64,000 nucleotides of DNA, from NCBI GenBank assembly GCA_965207065.1, contig OZ242260.1, forward strand, positions 256,001 through 320,000. The letters are read 5' to 3'. Below, piece after piece: positions 45,339-54,093 of this stretch (position 1 is its first letter; each line of letters starts with the position of its first letter). The notes beneath the pieces are model-generated. The model had not been told where the DNA came from. It was given only the letters and a program-made list of their open reading frames with translations, and did no database searches. Origin of the DNA: a bacterium (GTDB lineage Bacteria; UBA8248). The position numbers and the translations under genes are program-made.

Positions 45339-47266
45339 TTTTTCTGCTCCAGATACCACTCGCCCAGCGGCGTGATGCTGAATGTTCCGGCTTCTTCCCG
45401 CGCCAAGCCGCCGCGCAGAACCTCTTTTCGTATGCTCGTTACGCTAACGGACGCGCCGAAGCGGGCTTCTGAGTCCAAATCCAAAAGCACATCCGCCGCA
45501 ACAGCGTCCATCTCGCGCTCGCGCAAGGCCTCCAGCAAGCACGCCTCCGCCCGCGCGCCGGGAGCGTCATGGTCCTTCATTCGCATGATAATCTCGCGCA
45601 ACACCCCATCCCCCACGGCGCAGAGCTTTTCTTCCCATTCGGCGGGACCTCGCATCACCACGCCCGTCCTGCTCTCGGTCCCTGAGTTCCTCACGTAGAC
45701 CGCGCCCAGCGGCCCGCCCGCCTCATCTTCCAGGGCCAGATACATCATGCCCGCGTCGTCCTCCAAAGGCGCAAAGCGCGGGGCGGCTATGCCCTGGAAA
45801 GCGCTCTCTGCATCCGCCATGAGTTTCTTGGCGATGGCCTCCCACCCCTCCGTCCCCGTCGCGAAGCGGCTCCGCTCCACGTGATAGGCATAATAAGACC
45901 TCTTGAATCCCCTGGGAAACGGCGCGGCGATAGTCGCATAGGCTTCTTCGGGTTTTGCGTCTTCAAAAAGGCTCCGCACTGCAGCAATTGTGTTGAGATA
46001 ACTCTTGAAACCGTCTCCCACCGCGATTCTGAGTCCCTCGCCCACCGCGTTCACGAGCAGGCCCGGCGCGATTGTATGGCCTGACTCCTCACCGCCCAGC
46101 GCGAAACGGTCCCCCCATCTCCGCGCCTCGTTCAATATCCACTTGTCCCCCACGGGAGTGAAGACGACCCGAAGCCCCGTCTCGGCCAGGGCCGCCGCCG
46201 CGCCCGAATCGCTCTCTATCGTAATGGCGGCCACGCCTCCCTCGGGCAATTCGCCCTCTCCTTTCAGGAAACGGGCTTGCAGGACGAGCGCATCGTCGCC
46301 ATCGAGGACGTGAAGCGCATCGAGAAACGGATTGTAGACGAGGGCGTAGCCCCTGTCGCCGTCGGCGTCCAGGACGCAGGCCGCCGCCATGCCGTCGCCT
46401 CTTCTCAGTTCCTCGCGCCGCTCGCGGCCCGCCTCAAAAAGCGCGCGCGCGCCAGCGTGGCCGGCGATAAATTCGGCATCCTCTCCTTCGACGATGCGCC
46501 TGCCCTCGAGCGCGACAACGCCGCCGTTCTCGTTCACGCGGCCCTCACTCAAACCGTTCACCTCACACACGCTCAGAGGGCCTGACTCCTCCAGCACCCC
46601 TGCGGCCACACCGCTCCAGGCCCCTGCCGCCGGGTCCACCACGAGGCTCCACCGGGCGAGGTCGCCCTCGCGCAGCCAGCAGTTGGGAAGCCGGGTGACG
46701 TAATCAACATAAAACGCGCGCGCCTCGGCGGCTGCTTCCACCCCGTGTCCGCTCTCGGGCGTCTGCGCCACCGCGCTCCACTCGCTCGCCCAGACGCGGT
46801 CGCTTAACGCCGCGTCCTCATCCGGCAAGGGCTTCATCGAGTCGGGGGAGAGCAGGATTTTCACGCCGTTTTGTTCCGCAGGGTTATGGGAGGCGGTGAG
46901 GATCACCGCGCCCGCCCCGCCCACGCCCGCCAGATAGGCCGCGGCCGCAGGCGTCGGCATCACCCCGAGCGAGAGAGCGTGCGCGCCCGCGCGCAGGAGG
47001 CCGTTCACGCACGCGGCGGATAATTCTCCGCCTGTGTCCCGGGGGTCCCAGGCCAGCACAACCGCAGTGGGAGAGATGAGTTGCTCGGATGCTCGCTCCA
47101 GAAGCCATTTACCGGCTTCAAAGACATAGTGCTCGATGAACCGGGGCGTCAGGACCCCGTTTTCCAGATATGCCGCGCGTGGGTCGACCCCCGCCACCAG
47201 GGGGTGCTCCTCCCCCACGGCGAGGCCGCGAACCCCGTCCGTTCCCTGAAACTTCGCGTTCGGCAT
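45335..47266 (-). CDS. glmM: Phosphohexomutase (GlmM-like) with insertions and a C-terminal extension
   Basis: GTDGVRG, TASHNP, DADGDR, VGDK, GGEESGH and RNSGTE motifs. Real start at ATG 47266, 17 nt after glmS. Confidence 0.75.
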   Translation of the reverse strand: MPNAKFQGTDGVRGLAVGEEHPLVAGVDPRAAYLENGVLTPRFIEHYVFEAGKWLLERASEQLISPTAVVLAWDPRDTGGELSAACVNGLLRAGAHALSLGVMPTPAAAAYLAGVGGAGAVILTASHNPAEQNGVKILLSPDSMKPLPDEDAALSDRVWASEWSAVAQTPESGHGVEAAAEARAFYVDYVTRLPNCWLREGDLARWSLVVDPAAGAWSGVAAGVLEESGPLSVCEVNGLSEGRVNENGGVVALEGRRIVEGEDAEFIAGHAGARALFEAGRERREELRRGDGMAAACVLDADGDRGYALVYNPFLDALHVLDGDDALVLQARFLKGEGELPEGGVAAITIESDSGAAAALAETGLRVVFTPVGDKWILNEARRWGDRFALGGEESGHTIAPGLLVNAVGEGLRIAVGDGFKSYLNTIAAVRSLFEDAKPEEAYATIAAPFPRGFKRSYYAYHVERSRFATGTEGWEAIAKKLMADAESAFQGIAAPRFAPLEDDAGMMYLALEDEAGGPLGAVYVRNSGTESRTGVVMRGPAEWEEKLCAVGDGVLREIIMRMKDHDAPGARAEACLLEALREREMDAVAADVLLDLDSEARFGASVSVTSIRKEVLRGGLAREEAGTFSITPLGEWYLEQKK

Positions 47267-47283
47267 TTTGGGAGTGCGCGTCC

Positions 47284-49107
47284 TTAGGCGACGGTGACGG
47301 ACTTCGCCAGGGCGCGCGGCCTGTCGACGTCTCGCTTCAAGGCAACCGCGAGGAAATACGCCAGCAACTGTCCCGAGACCAGGTGCAGGAAAGGCGCAAG
47401 CAGGGGGGATACCCTCGGAAGCACAATCTCCTCGCTGAACAGCCCCTCCACCACCTCGTCTCCCTCGAAGCGGTAGCCCAGCACGAAGCCGCCGCGCGCG
47501 CGGACTTCCTCCGCGCTGCTCCTGGTGAGCGCGTGCAGCTCGGCCTCTTCGGGCGTGGGCATCAGGACGATGGTGTACATGTTCTCGTCGATGAGGGAGA
47601 TGGTGCCGTGCTTGAGGAAGCCCGCGCTCATTCCCTCCGCGTGGAGGTAGGTGACTTCCTTCATCTTGAGCGCGCATTCGAGCGCCGCGGGGTAATAGAT
47701 GCCCCGGCCCAGGTAGAGCCAGTTCTTCATGTGCTGATGCGCGTGCGCCGCCGTGTGGAAATAGCCCGAGCGTTCGTTGAGCGTCTCGAGCACGAGGTCG
47801 GACAAGGTGGCGACCTCTTCCCTCAGCGCCGCGACTTCCGCCTCGCTCAGACGCCCCGCGAGCAGGCCCAGCTCCATCGAGGCGAGCAGCAACACCACCG
47901 CCTGGCTCAGGGCCGTCTTGGTGCTGATGACGCATTTTTCGGGTCCCGCGCCCTGGAGAATCGGCACGTCCACCGAGCGCACCAAGGTGGAACCCATCAC
48001 GTTCACGATGCCCGCCGTCCTCGCGCCACCCGATTTCGCATGGCGCAGGGCGCTCAGTGTGTCGTAGGTCTCTCCCGACTGGCTGATGGCGCAAAAGCCG
48101 TCCTCGGGCCCGACCTCCGCGATGTGGGCGAACTCGTCCGTGCTGACGACGGGCAGATACCGCCCCCCCAGGCGGCTGAAGAAGTACTGCCCCATCGACG
48201 CGATGTAGTAGGTCGTCCCCACGCCGCCCAGGTAGCATTGCCGCGATTCGTGAATCATCGCCGCCAGCGCCTGGATATCCTCTCTGGGTATCTGGAGGGC
48301 GGCCTGGACGGTGCTTGGCTGGTCGTAAATTTCCTTCAGCATGAAATGGGGATAACCGCCCCGGCGGGCCTTTTCCGCGTCCCACTCGATCTCGGTGACT
48401 TCCTTGTCGACGCGCTCTCTGGTGAGCAGGCTCTTGACCGCGTAGCTCTCCGGCGTGATGAGCGCGTATTCGCCGTCTTCCATGATGATCGCCCGGCGGG
48501 TGTACTCGAAGAACGCGCTGAAATCCGAACCCACGTAGTTGGCGTCGTCCCCCAGGCCGATGATGAGGGGCGATTCACGCTTCACGCAGAGAATCCGGCC
48601 CGGCGCGTCGACCGATATGACCGCCAGGGCGAAGGTGCCCTCGAGTTCGTCGATCGCCTCGACGAAGCCCTCTTCCACATCCTGGCCGTTTCGCGCGATT
48701 TTCTGCGCCACCAGATGCGCGATGACCTCGGAATCCGTCTCGGAGCGGAACGCGGCGCCCTCGCGCGAGAGCTTCTCCCTGAGTTCCTTGTAGTTCGAGA
48801 TGATGCCGTTGTGGACAACGGCCAGGCGGCTCTCGTTGTCCGCGTGGGGGTGCGCGTTCGCCTGCGTCACCCCGCCGTGCGTCGCCCAGCGCGTATGCGC
48901 GATGCCCACGAGGCCCTTCATGTCCGTGAAGCGCTCGATGGCGTTCACCGTCTCCACGGTGCCCACGTTCTTGCGGATGTCTATCGTAGAGTTTCTCTGG
49001 ACGGCCATGCCGCAGGAGTCATACCCCCGGTATTCCAGGGACGCGATGGAGCGCAGGAGCTTTTGCGAGACGTTCGCGCTCGCCGCCATGCCCGCGATGC
49101 CGCACAT
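47284..49107 (-). CDS. glmS: Glutamine-fructose-6-phosphate aminotransferase
   Basis: MCGI, EYRGYDS, HTRWATHG, SQSGET, KHG and PRALAKSVTV motifs. Confidence 0.96.
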   Translation of the reverse strand: MCGIAGMAASANVSQKLLRSIASLEYRGYDSCGMAVQRNSTIDIRKNVGTVETVNAIERFTDMKGLVGIAHTRWATHGGVTQANAHPHADNESRLAVVHNGIISNYKELREKLSREGAAFRSETDSEVIAHLVAQKIARNGQDVEEGFVEAIDELEGTFALAVISVDAPGRILCVKRESPLIIGLGDDANYVGSDFSAFFEYTRRAIIMEDGEYALITPESYAVKSLLTRERVDKEVTEIEWDAEKARRGGYPHFMLKEIYDQPSTVQAALQIPREDIQALAAMIHESRQCYLGGVGTTYYIASMGQYFFSRLGGRYLPVVSTDEFAHIAEVGPEDGFCAISQSGETYDTLSALRHAKSGGARTAGIVNVMGSTLVRSVDVPILQGAGPEKCVISTKTALSQAVVLLLASMELGLLAGRLSEAEVAALREEVATLSDLVLETLNERSGYFHTAAHAHQHMKNWLYLGRGIYYPAALECALKMKEVTYLHAEGMSAGFLKHGTISLIDENMYTIVLMPTPEEAELHALTRSSAEEVRARGGFVLGYRFEGDEVVEGLFSEEIVLPRVSPLLAPFLHLVSGQLLAYFLAVALKRDVDRPRALAKSVTVA

Positions 49108-49108
49108 G

Positions 49109-50314
49109 CTAGTTCTCTCCCCGCGGATAGGTGTAGTGATGCGGGACTACCTCGCCGGGCGGGACGACGGTTCCCGATGCCAGCGTGTTCGAGGCGCCGA
49201 CCAGCGCTCCGTCGCCCAGGAAAGACCCCACCTTGTCGAGGCCGGAATCGACCTTACCCTCCGGCATGCGCACCACGATTTTGGACTGGTCGAGATTCTG
49301 AATCAGCGTCATCGTCCCCGAACCCACCACGGCGTCCTCGCCGACGACGCTGTCGCCCACGAAGGAGAGGCGCCCCACGCGAACGCCATTGAACAGGATG
49401 CAATTCTTCAACTCAACGCCGAACCCGATGGTCGCGTTCGCGCCGATGGCCGTGTAGGGGCGCACCAGAACCCCGTTGCCCAGAAACGTGTTCTCCCCGA
49501 TGAAGCACGGCCCGAATATGGAGGCGCCCGATTCGATCACCACGTTTTTCTCGATCACCACGGGTCCGCGAAACTGTACCGCGCCCCTGAGCCGAACGCT
49601 GCCGTCCACGCGGGCCTCGCTCCAGGTGTCCATGACCATCTGGTTCCCCTTGAGCAGATCCCAGGGATGCTGGGCGTCCAGCCAGGGTTCCTCCCAGATC
49701 GAGGAGCGCAGCCCCTCGCCCGCGCACAACTCGTTGAGCGCCTCGTCCATCTCTAAGCTCTCCAGCAGATCGAACAGCCGATAGGGCATGACGAACACGC
49801 CGGCCAGAACGTAATTGCCCACCTCGCGCTCCACGGGCTTCTCCACCAGGCGCTCTATCTGCATGTCCTGGCCGAGATAGACCGTGCCGTAGTTCTGGGC
49901 GTGGGGCGTGTGGCAAATCGCCGCCACGGGCTGATGAAAAGTGCCGAACGCCTGCACGACCTGGCGGTACATGTTCTCGGACGCCAGCACGTCCGCATAA
50001 ACCAGCAGAAACGACTCATCCTCCTGGAAATGCCCTTTCGCGAGACTGATGGCGTTTCGGATTCCCGAGGGCTCCTCCTGGCGGATGTACTGAATCGTCA
50101 TTCCGTAGCGCGAACCCTGCCCGAATTCGTTGATGATCCTGTCGGCGCGGTGCCCGACGACGACGACCAGGTCGCTCACGCCGGCGGCGCGTATCTTCTT
50201 GAGCGCCGAATGCAGGAGCATCTCGCCCGCCATCGGCAGCATCGCCTTCGGCCGGGTATTCGTAAACGGATATAGACCGGCCCCGCGGCCGGCCGCCAGA
50301 ATCAACGCTCTCAC
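49109..50314 (-). CDS. Archaeal-GlmU-like sugar-phosphate nucleotidyltransferase + LbH protein (degenerate motifs)
   Basis: LILAAG.G..LYPFT.TRPKAML and EKP, then hexapeptide repeats and SGLDKVGSFLGD. Confidence 0.78.
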   Translation of the reverse strand: MRALILAAGRGAGLYPFTNTRPKAMLPMAGEMLLHSALKKIRAAGVSDLVVVVGHRADRIINEFGQGSRYGMTIQYIRQEEPSGIRNAISLAKGHFQEDESFLLVYADVLASENMYRQVVQAFGTFHQPVAAICHTPHAQNYGTVYLGQDMQIERLVEKPVEREVGNYVLAGVFVMPYRLFDLLESLEMDEALNELCAGEGLRSSIWEEPWLDAQHPWDLLKGNQMVMDTWSEARVDGSVRLRGAVQFRGPVVIEKNVVIESGASIFGPCFIGENTFLGNGVLVRPYTAIGANATIGFGVELKNCILFNGVRVGRLSFVGDSVVGEDAVVGSGTMTLIQNLDQSKIVVRMPEGKVDSGLDKVGSFLGDGALVGASNTLASGTVVPPGEVVPHHYTYPRGEN

Positions 50315-50419
50315 GAGATACCTTCCTGAAATTCGCTCAATATAGCCCCGAAACGGGCGTTTCTCTCGTTTTTCTAACTTGCGCGGGAAATTATAGCAAA
50401 TCAGACGCCTCAGCGCGCA

Positions 50420-51181
50420 TCAGGCCTTGCGTTTGCGCTCTTCATGGATTTCCTCCGCCCGGCGCAAGTCCGCTCTCGTGTTCACCCCCAAAGCCTCTTC
50501 GGGCGACGCCAATTCAAGGCCCAGGATCACGCGTCCCCCGGCGCGCGCGATGGGGAAAACGTCGGGCAGGTAGAACTCCCCCTGGTTGTTCTCGGCCCTG
50601 ATCCTCGGCAGGGCATCCCGCAGGAAAGCGGCCTCGAAGACGTAGGCGCCCGTGTTGATCTCGGTAATTTTCTTCTGCGCCTCCGTCGCGTCCGCCTCTT
50701 CCACCACGCCGATAAGCTGCGCGCCATCGCGCACCACGCGGCCATATCCCCGGGGTTCTCCGGCGGTTGCCGTAAGCATGGTGGCCGCCGCGCCCGCCTC
50801 TTCATGCAGGCGGGCCAACTGCCCCAGGGTGGCGGTTCGTATCAGGGGCGCGTCGCCGCACAGGAGATATAGATGCTTCACCTCGGCCGACAAGGCCGAC
50901 AAGCCGACCTCCGCAGCATGGCCCGTTCCGAGTTGCTCTTCCTGAAGGGCGAAAACGATATCCCCATCATCGCCCGCAAACGCCTCTTGAACGTCGCGGG
51001 CCCGGTGACCCACGACGATGACGACGGGCGCGGCGCCCGCCTCTCTCGCGCTGGTGACGACATGGCGGATCATGGGTTCTCCACCCACGGGATGCAGAAC
51101 CTTCGCCAGCGGGGATTCCATGCGCCTGCCCTGTCCGGCGGCAAGGATGACGGCGGAGAATCCATCGCCTTGATGCGCCAA
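50420..51181 (-). CDS. GlmU N-terminal uridyltransferase domain only
   Basis: ILAAGQGRRMES..KVLH, QEEQLGTGHA, GD.PLI, GYGRVVR, EINTG, NNQGEFYLPD and GVN motifs. Ends before any LbH domain. Confidence 0.85.
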   Translation of the reverse strand: MAHQGDGFSAVILAAGQGRRMESPLAKVLHPVGGEPMIRHVVTSAREAGAAPVVIVVGHRARDVQEAFAGDDGDIVFALQEEQLGTGHAAEVGLSALSAEVKHLYLLCGDAPLIRTATLGQLARLHEEAGAAATMLTATAGEPRGYGRVVRDGAQLIGVVEEADATEAQKKITEINTGAYVFEAAFLRDALPRIRAENNQGEFYLPDVFPIARAGGRVILGLELASPEEALGVNTRADLRRAEEIHEERKRKA

Positions 51182-51186
51182 AAAAA

Positions 51187-52575
51187 TTATCTCCGGCGGG
51201 AGGGGGAAGATTTGGTAAGGCCGAATTCCAGGAGTTTTCTTCGCAGCGTGTTGCGGTTCATGCCCAGCAGACGCGACGCCTGCACCTGGTTCCCGCCCGC
51301 TTCGCGGAGCACCAGTTCGAGCAGGGGTTTTTCGACGCTGCGGATGGTGTGGTCATAGAAGTCGCTGCTCTCCCCGTCGCCCAGGGCGGTGACTACCGAG
51401 GAGAGCCTGTCACGGAAAAATTTCTCGATATCGCCGTTTTTCTTCTTTTGGGGAGAGGGGCTCAAATCATCGAGTGAAATCGAGTTGCCCTCGCTCACGA
51501 GGAAGGCGCGACAAACGGCCATCTCGAGTTCGGATTCATTTCCCCACCACTCCTGTCCGGAGAACCAATCCATCGCCGCCGGCGTAATGCGCCTTCTTGA
51601 TTGTCCGACCCGGCCCGAGAATTCATCCAGAATCCCCTGGGCCACGAGCGAGATGTCCTTTTTCCTCTCGCGCAGTGGGGGAATCTTGATGAGTCGGGTC
51701 GTCTCTTTGCGATAAAGACGCTTGAGAATATTGTCCTGTATCAGCCTTTCCGGGTCGTGCGTACACCCGAATATCACCCGAAACTCCTGCGAGAGGCTTT
51801 TCTTTCGCAAAACCCTGGCCAGCGCCTTCTGGAGATCCCTGTTGATGAGTTGGGCGTCTTCGATAAAGAGCGTACCCCCCTTTTCGACGATGTCGCCCTC
51901 TTCGCCGCGATTTTCTTCCATGCGATTGATGGCTTTGTCCAGCGTCGAGGCGCGCCGCATTTTCGGCCCCCAATGCAAAAACGGGTGCCGCGCCCCAGGA
52001 TACTGGGAATGAAGCGCGCGGGCGACGAGCCTGAAATTCAACCCCTTCTCCCCCTCCAGGAGAATGGACCGATATTTCTGCCCCGCAAGCTGAATCGAAC
52101 GCCTGAGCCTCTCGGCGGCCGCGCTTGTTCCCACGAACCGCCATCCGCCGGACTCTTCCCTCGCCTCGGTGCGAAGCCACCTGAGCTCCCTGCGAAGATT
52201 TCCCTCCTCGCTCAACGTCCGGGAGAACTGGAACACTTCCTCGGGATGCACTTCGTCGACGAAAACGGCCCGCGCGCCGGAGCGGATGCTCAAGGGAGTG
52301 AATCCCTTGTCCTCGGGGCGCAGCACTGCGGCGAAGGGCTTGCCCGTATCCGCGATTCTCCGCATCGGAGCCGCCTCGGCGGGAGCCGAAGCCCCGTAAA
52401 GAATGAAATCGCACCAATTCATGCGCGCGCGCGCCTTATGCGGCGTATCGAAATATAGCGTCTCCATGCCGATATTCCGCAAGCCGCCGAGCAAACCCTC
52501 TCTTTCCGGAGTAATGTGGCCTACGAAGAGCGCCTTGGCGCGTATCGCTTCCTTGTTGATTGCATTCACCCGCAC
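51187..52575 (-). CDS. NtrC-like regulator with degenerate receiver and AAA+ domains and an intact Fis-type HTH
   Basis: IPPLRERKKDI, WWGN..EL and GNQVQASRLLGMNRNTLRRKL motifs. Walker A and GAFTGA are not recognisable. Confidence 0.8.
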   Translation of the reverse strand: MRVNAINKEAIRAKALFVGHITPEREGLLGGLRNIGMETLYFDTPHKARARMNWCDFILYGASAPAEAAPMRRIADTGKPFAAVLRPEDKGFTPLSIRSGARAVFVDEVHPEEVFQFSRTLSEEGNLRRELRWLRTEAREESGGWRFVGTSAAAERLRRSIQLAGQKYRSILLEGEKGLNFRLVARALHSQYPGARHPFLHWGPKMRRASTLDKAINRMEENRGEEGDIVEKGGTLFIEDAQLINRDLQKALARVLRKKSLSQEFRVIFGCTHDPERLIQDNILKRLYRKETTRLIKIPPLRERKKDISLVAQGILDEFSGRVGQSRRRITPAAMDWFSGQEWWGNESELEMAVCRAFLVSEGNSISLDDLSPSPQKKKNGDIEKFFRDRLSSVVTALGDGESSDFYDHTIRSVEKPLLELVLREAGGNQVQASRLLGMNRNTLRRKLLEFGLTKSSPSRRR

Positions 52576-52581
52576 AACCCC

Positions 52582-52887
52582 TCAAAACATCCGAAAAACC
52601 GGCCCGGTATCCGAAAGACCGGAAAAGACCACTTTGCCGCCGATAGACGGCTGACTTTCGTCATCATCCGCCAGGCGGGCGAGAATCCGCCCCCCCTCAT
52701 CCAATTCAACCAACACGAGAAAATAAGGCGTCGGCATCCCCTGGGCACCCATGTGAACTGATGAGAAGCTGTAAACGATTCCACGACCGGAGGCTGGTCT
52801 CTGCTCCATCTCCCCGCCGCAATGCCCGCAACGCTCCGACTTCTCGAGATATATCCGCCCGCATCCGGCGCAAAAAAACGTCTCCAT
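52582..52887 (-). CDS. DUF35 Zn-ribbon/OB-fold protein
   Basis: CAGC...CGHC, SGRGIVYSFS.VH and PY.LVLVELDEG motifs. Confidence 0.85.
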   Translation of the reverse strand: METFFCAGCGRIYLEKSERCGHCGGEMEQRPASGRGIVYSFSSVHMGAQGMPTPYFLVLVELDEGGRILARLADDDESQPSIGGKVVFSGLSDTGPVFRMF

Positions 52888-52912
52888 GCGCAATCATCCA
52901 ACCTTTCTGCGC

Positions 52913-54073
52913 TCAGCCGGTCGCTCCGAGGATGTGCACGGCGCACGTGGCGCCCGAACCCCCGAGATTGTGGGCCAGGGCCACTTCGGCGCCTGGAACC
53001 TGGCGTGCGCGCGCCTCTCCGCGCAACTGAAGCGTGAGTTCATGAATCTGAGCCACGCCCGTCGCCCCCACCGGATGGCCTTTCGCTTTCAGGCCGCCGC
53101 TGGTGTTCACCGGCATCGCGCCGCCAAGCTTCGTCATTCCCTCGAGCGCGCCGCGGCCTCCCTCGCCTTTGGCGAAAAATCCCAGGTCCTCGAGCGCGAT
53201 GATCTCGGCGACCGTGAAACAATCATGTATCTCGGCCAGGTCGACGTCTTCGCGACTCAGCCCCGCCTGGGAGAATGCCTCCTCTCCCGCTTTTTGCGTG
53301 GCGTAAAACGAGGTGATGTCGCGCTTGTCAGAGAGAGCCGGTGAATCAGAAGCCTGCGCCGACGCCAGAACCTCGACCGGCTTATCGTGGTGAGCTGAAG
53401 CCATTTCGGTGGGGCACAGCACCACGGCCGCCGCCCCGTCGCTGATGAGCGAGCAATCGAAAAGCCCGAGCGGTTCGGCTACGGGCTTGGCGTCCATGAC
53501 CTGGGGGAGCGTCACGTCCTTTTGCATGTGCGCGTTCGGGTTGAGTTTGCCGTGGGCGTGGTTTTTCACCGCCACGTGGGCGATCTCCTCGCGCGTCGTC
53601 CCGTGCTCGTACATGTGGCGTCTGGCGATGAGACCGAAAAGGGCGGGAAACGTGGAGCCGACGCTTGCCTCCACCGCCACGTCCCCGGCGGCGGCGAGGA
53701 TGGAGGCCGTCTCGTCCGTCTCGGCGGAAGTCATCTTCTCCACCCCCGCGATGAGGGCGAAATCCACCTGCCCCGAAGCCACGGCCAGCACCCCCTGGCG
53801 CATGGCGAGCCCCCCCGAGGCGCAAGCGCCCTCGAGACGGGTGCAGGGTATTGCGCCCAGCCCCGCCGCGTGCGCCACCATGGGCGCGATGTGGTTCTGT
53901 CCGACGAAGGCCTGACCGGCGAAATTCCCCAGGAAAAACGCCTCGATTCGCTCGGGCGTGAGACCTGCATCCCCTAGCGCGTCCTTACAGGCGATAGCGC
54001 CCAGTGCGACCAGGCTCTCCGCCCGCACGCCAAATGGCGTGATGCCCGCTCCGATGATCGATACGCCTCGCAC
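52913..54073 (-). CDS. Thiolase family protein (SCP-x type)
   Basis: EGACASG, VKNH, DCSLISDGAAA, EIHDCF, GHPVGATG and HNLGG motifs. Confidence 0.9.
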   Translation of the reverse strand: MRGVSIIGAGITPFGVRAESLVALGAIACKDALGDAGLTPERIEAFFLGNFAGQAFVGQNHIAPMVAHAAGLGAIPCTRLEGACASGGLAMRQGVLAVASGQVDFALIAGVEKMTSAETDETASILAAAGDVAVEASVGSTFPALFGLIARRHMYEHGTTREEIAHVAVKNHAHGKLNPNAHMQKDVTLPQVMDAKPVAEPLGLFDCSLISDGAAAVVLCPTEMASAHHDKPVEVLASAQASDSPALSDKRDITSFYATQKAGEEAFSQAGLSREDVDLAEIHDCFTVAEIIALEDLGFFAKGEGGRGALEGMTKLGGAMPVNTSGGLKAKGHPVGATGVAQIHELTLQLRGEARARQVPGAEVALAHNLGGSGATCAVHILGATG

Positions 54074-54093
54074 TTTTCACCCCCTCGCTGTAT

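Noticed and set aside
47267-48385. 1016-aa ORF suggesting a large N-terminal fusion to GlmM
   Set aside because: The first 373 codons are an alternate frame of glmS. The mutase motifs start at ATG 47266.
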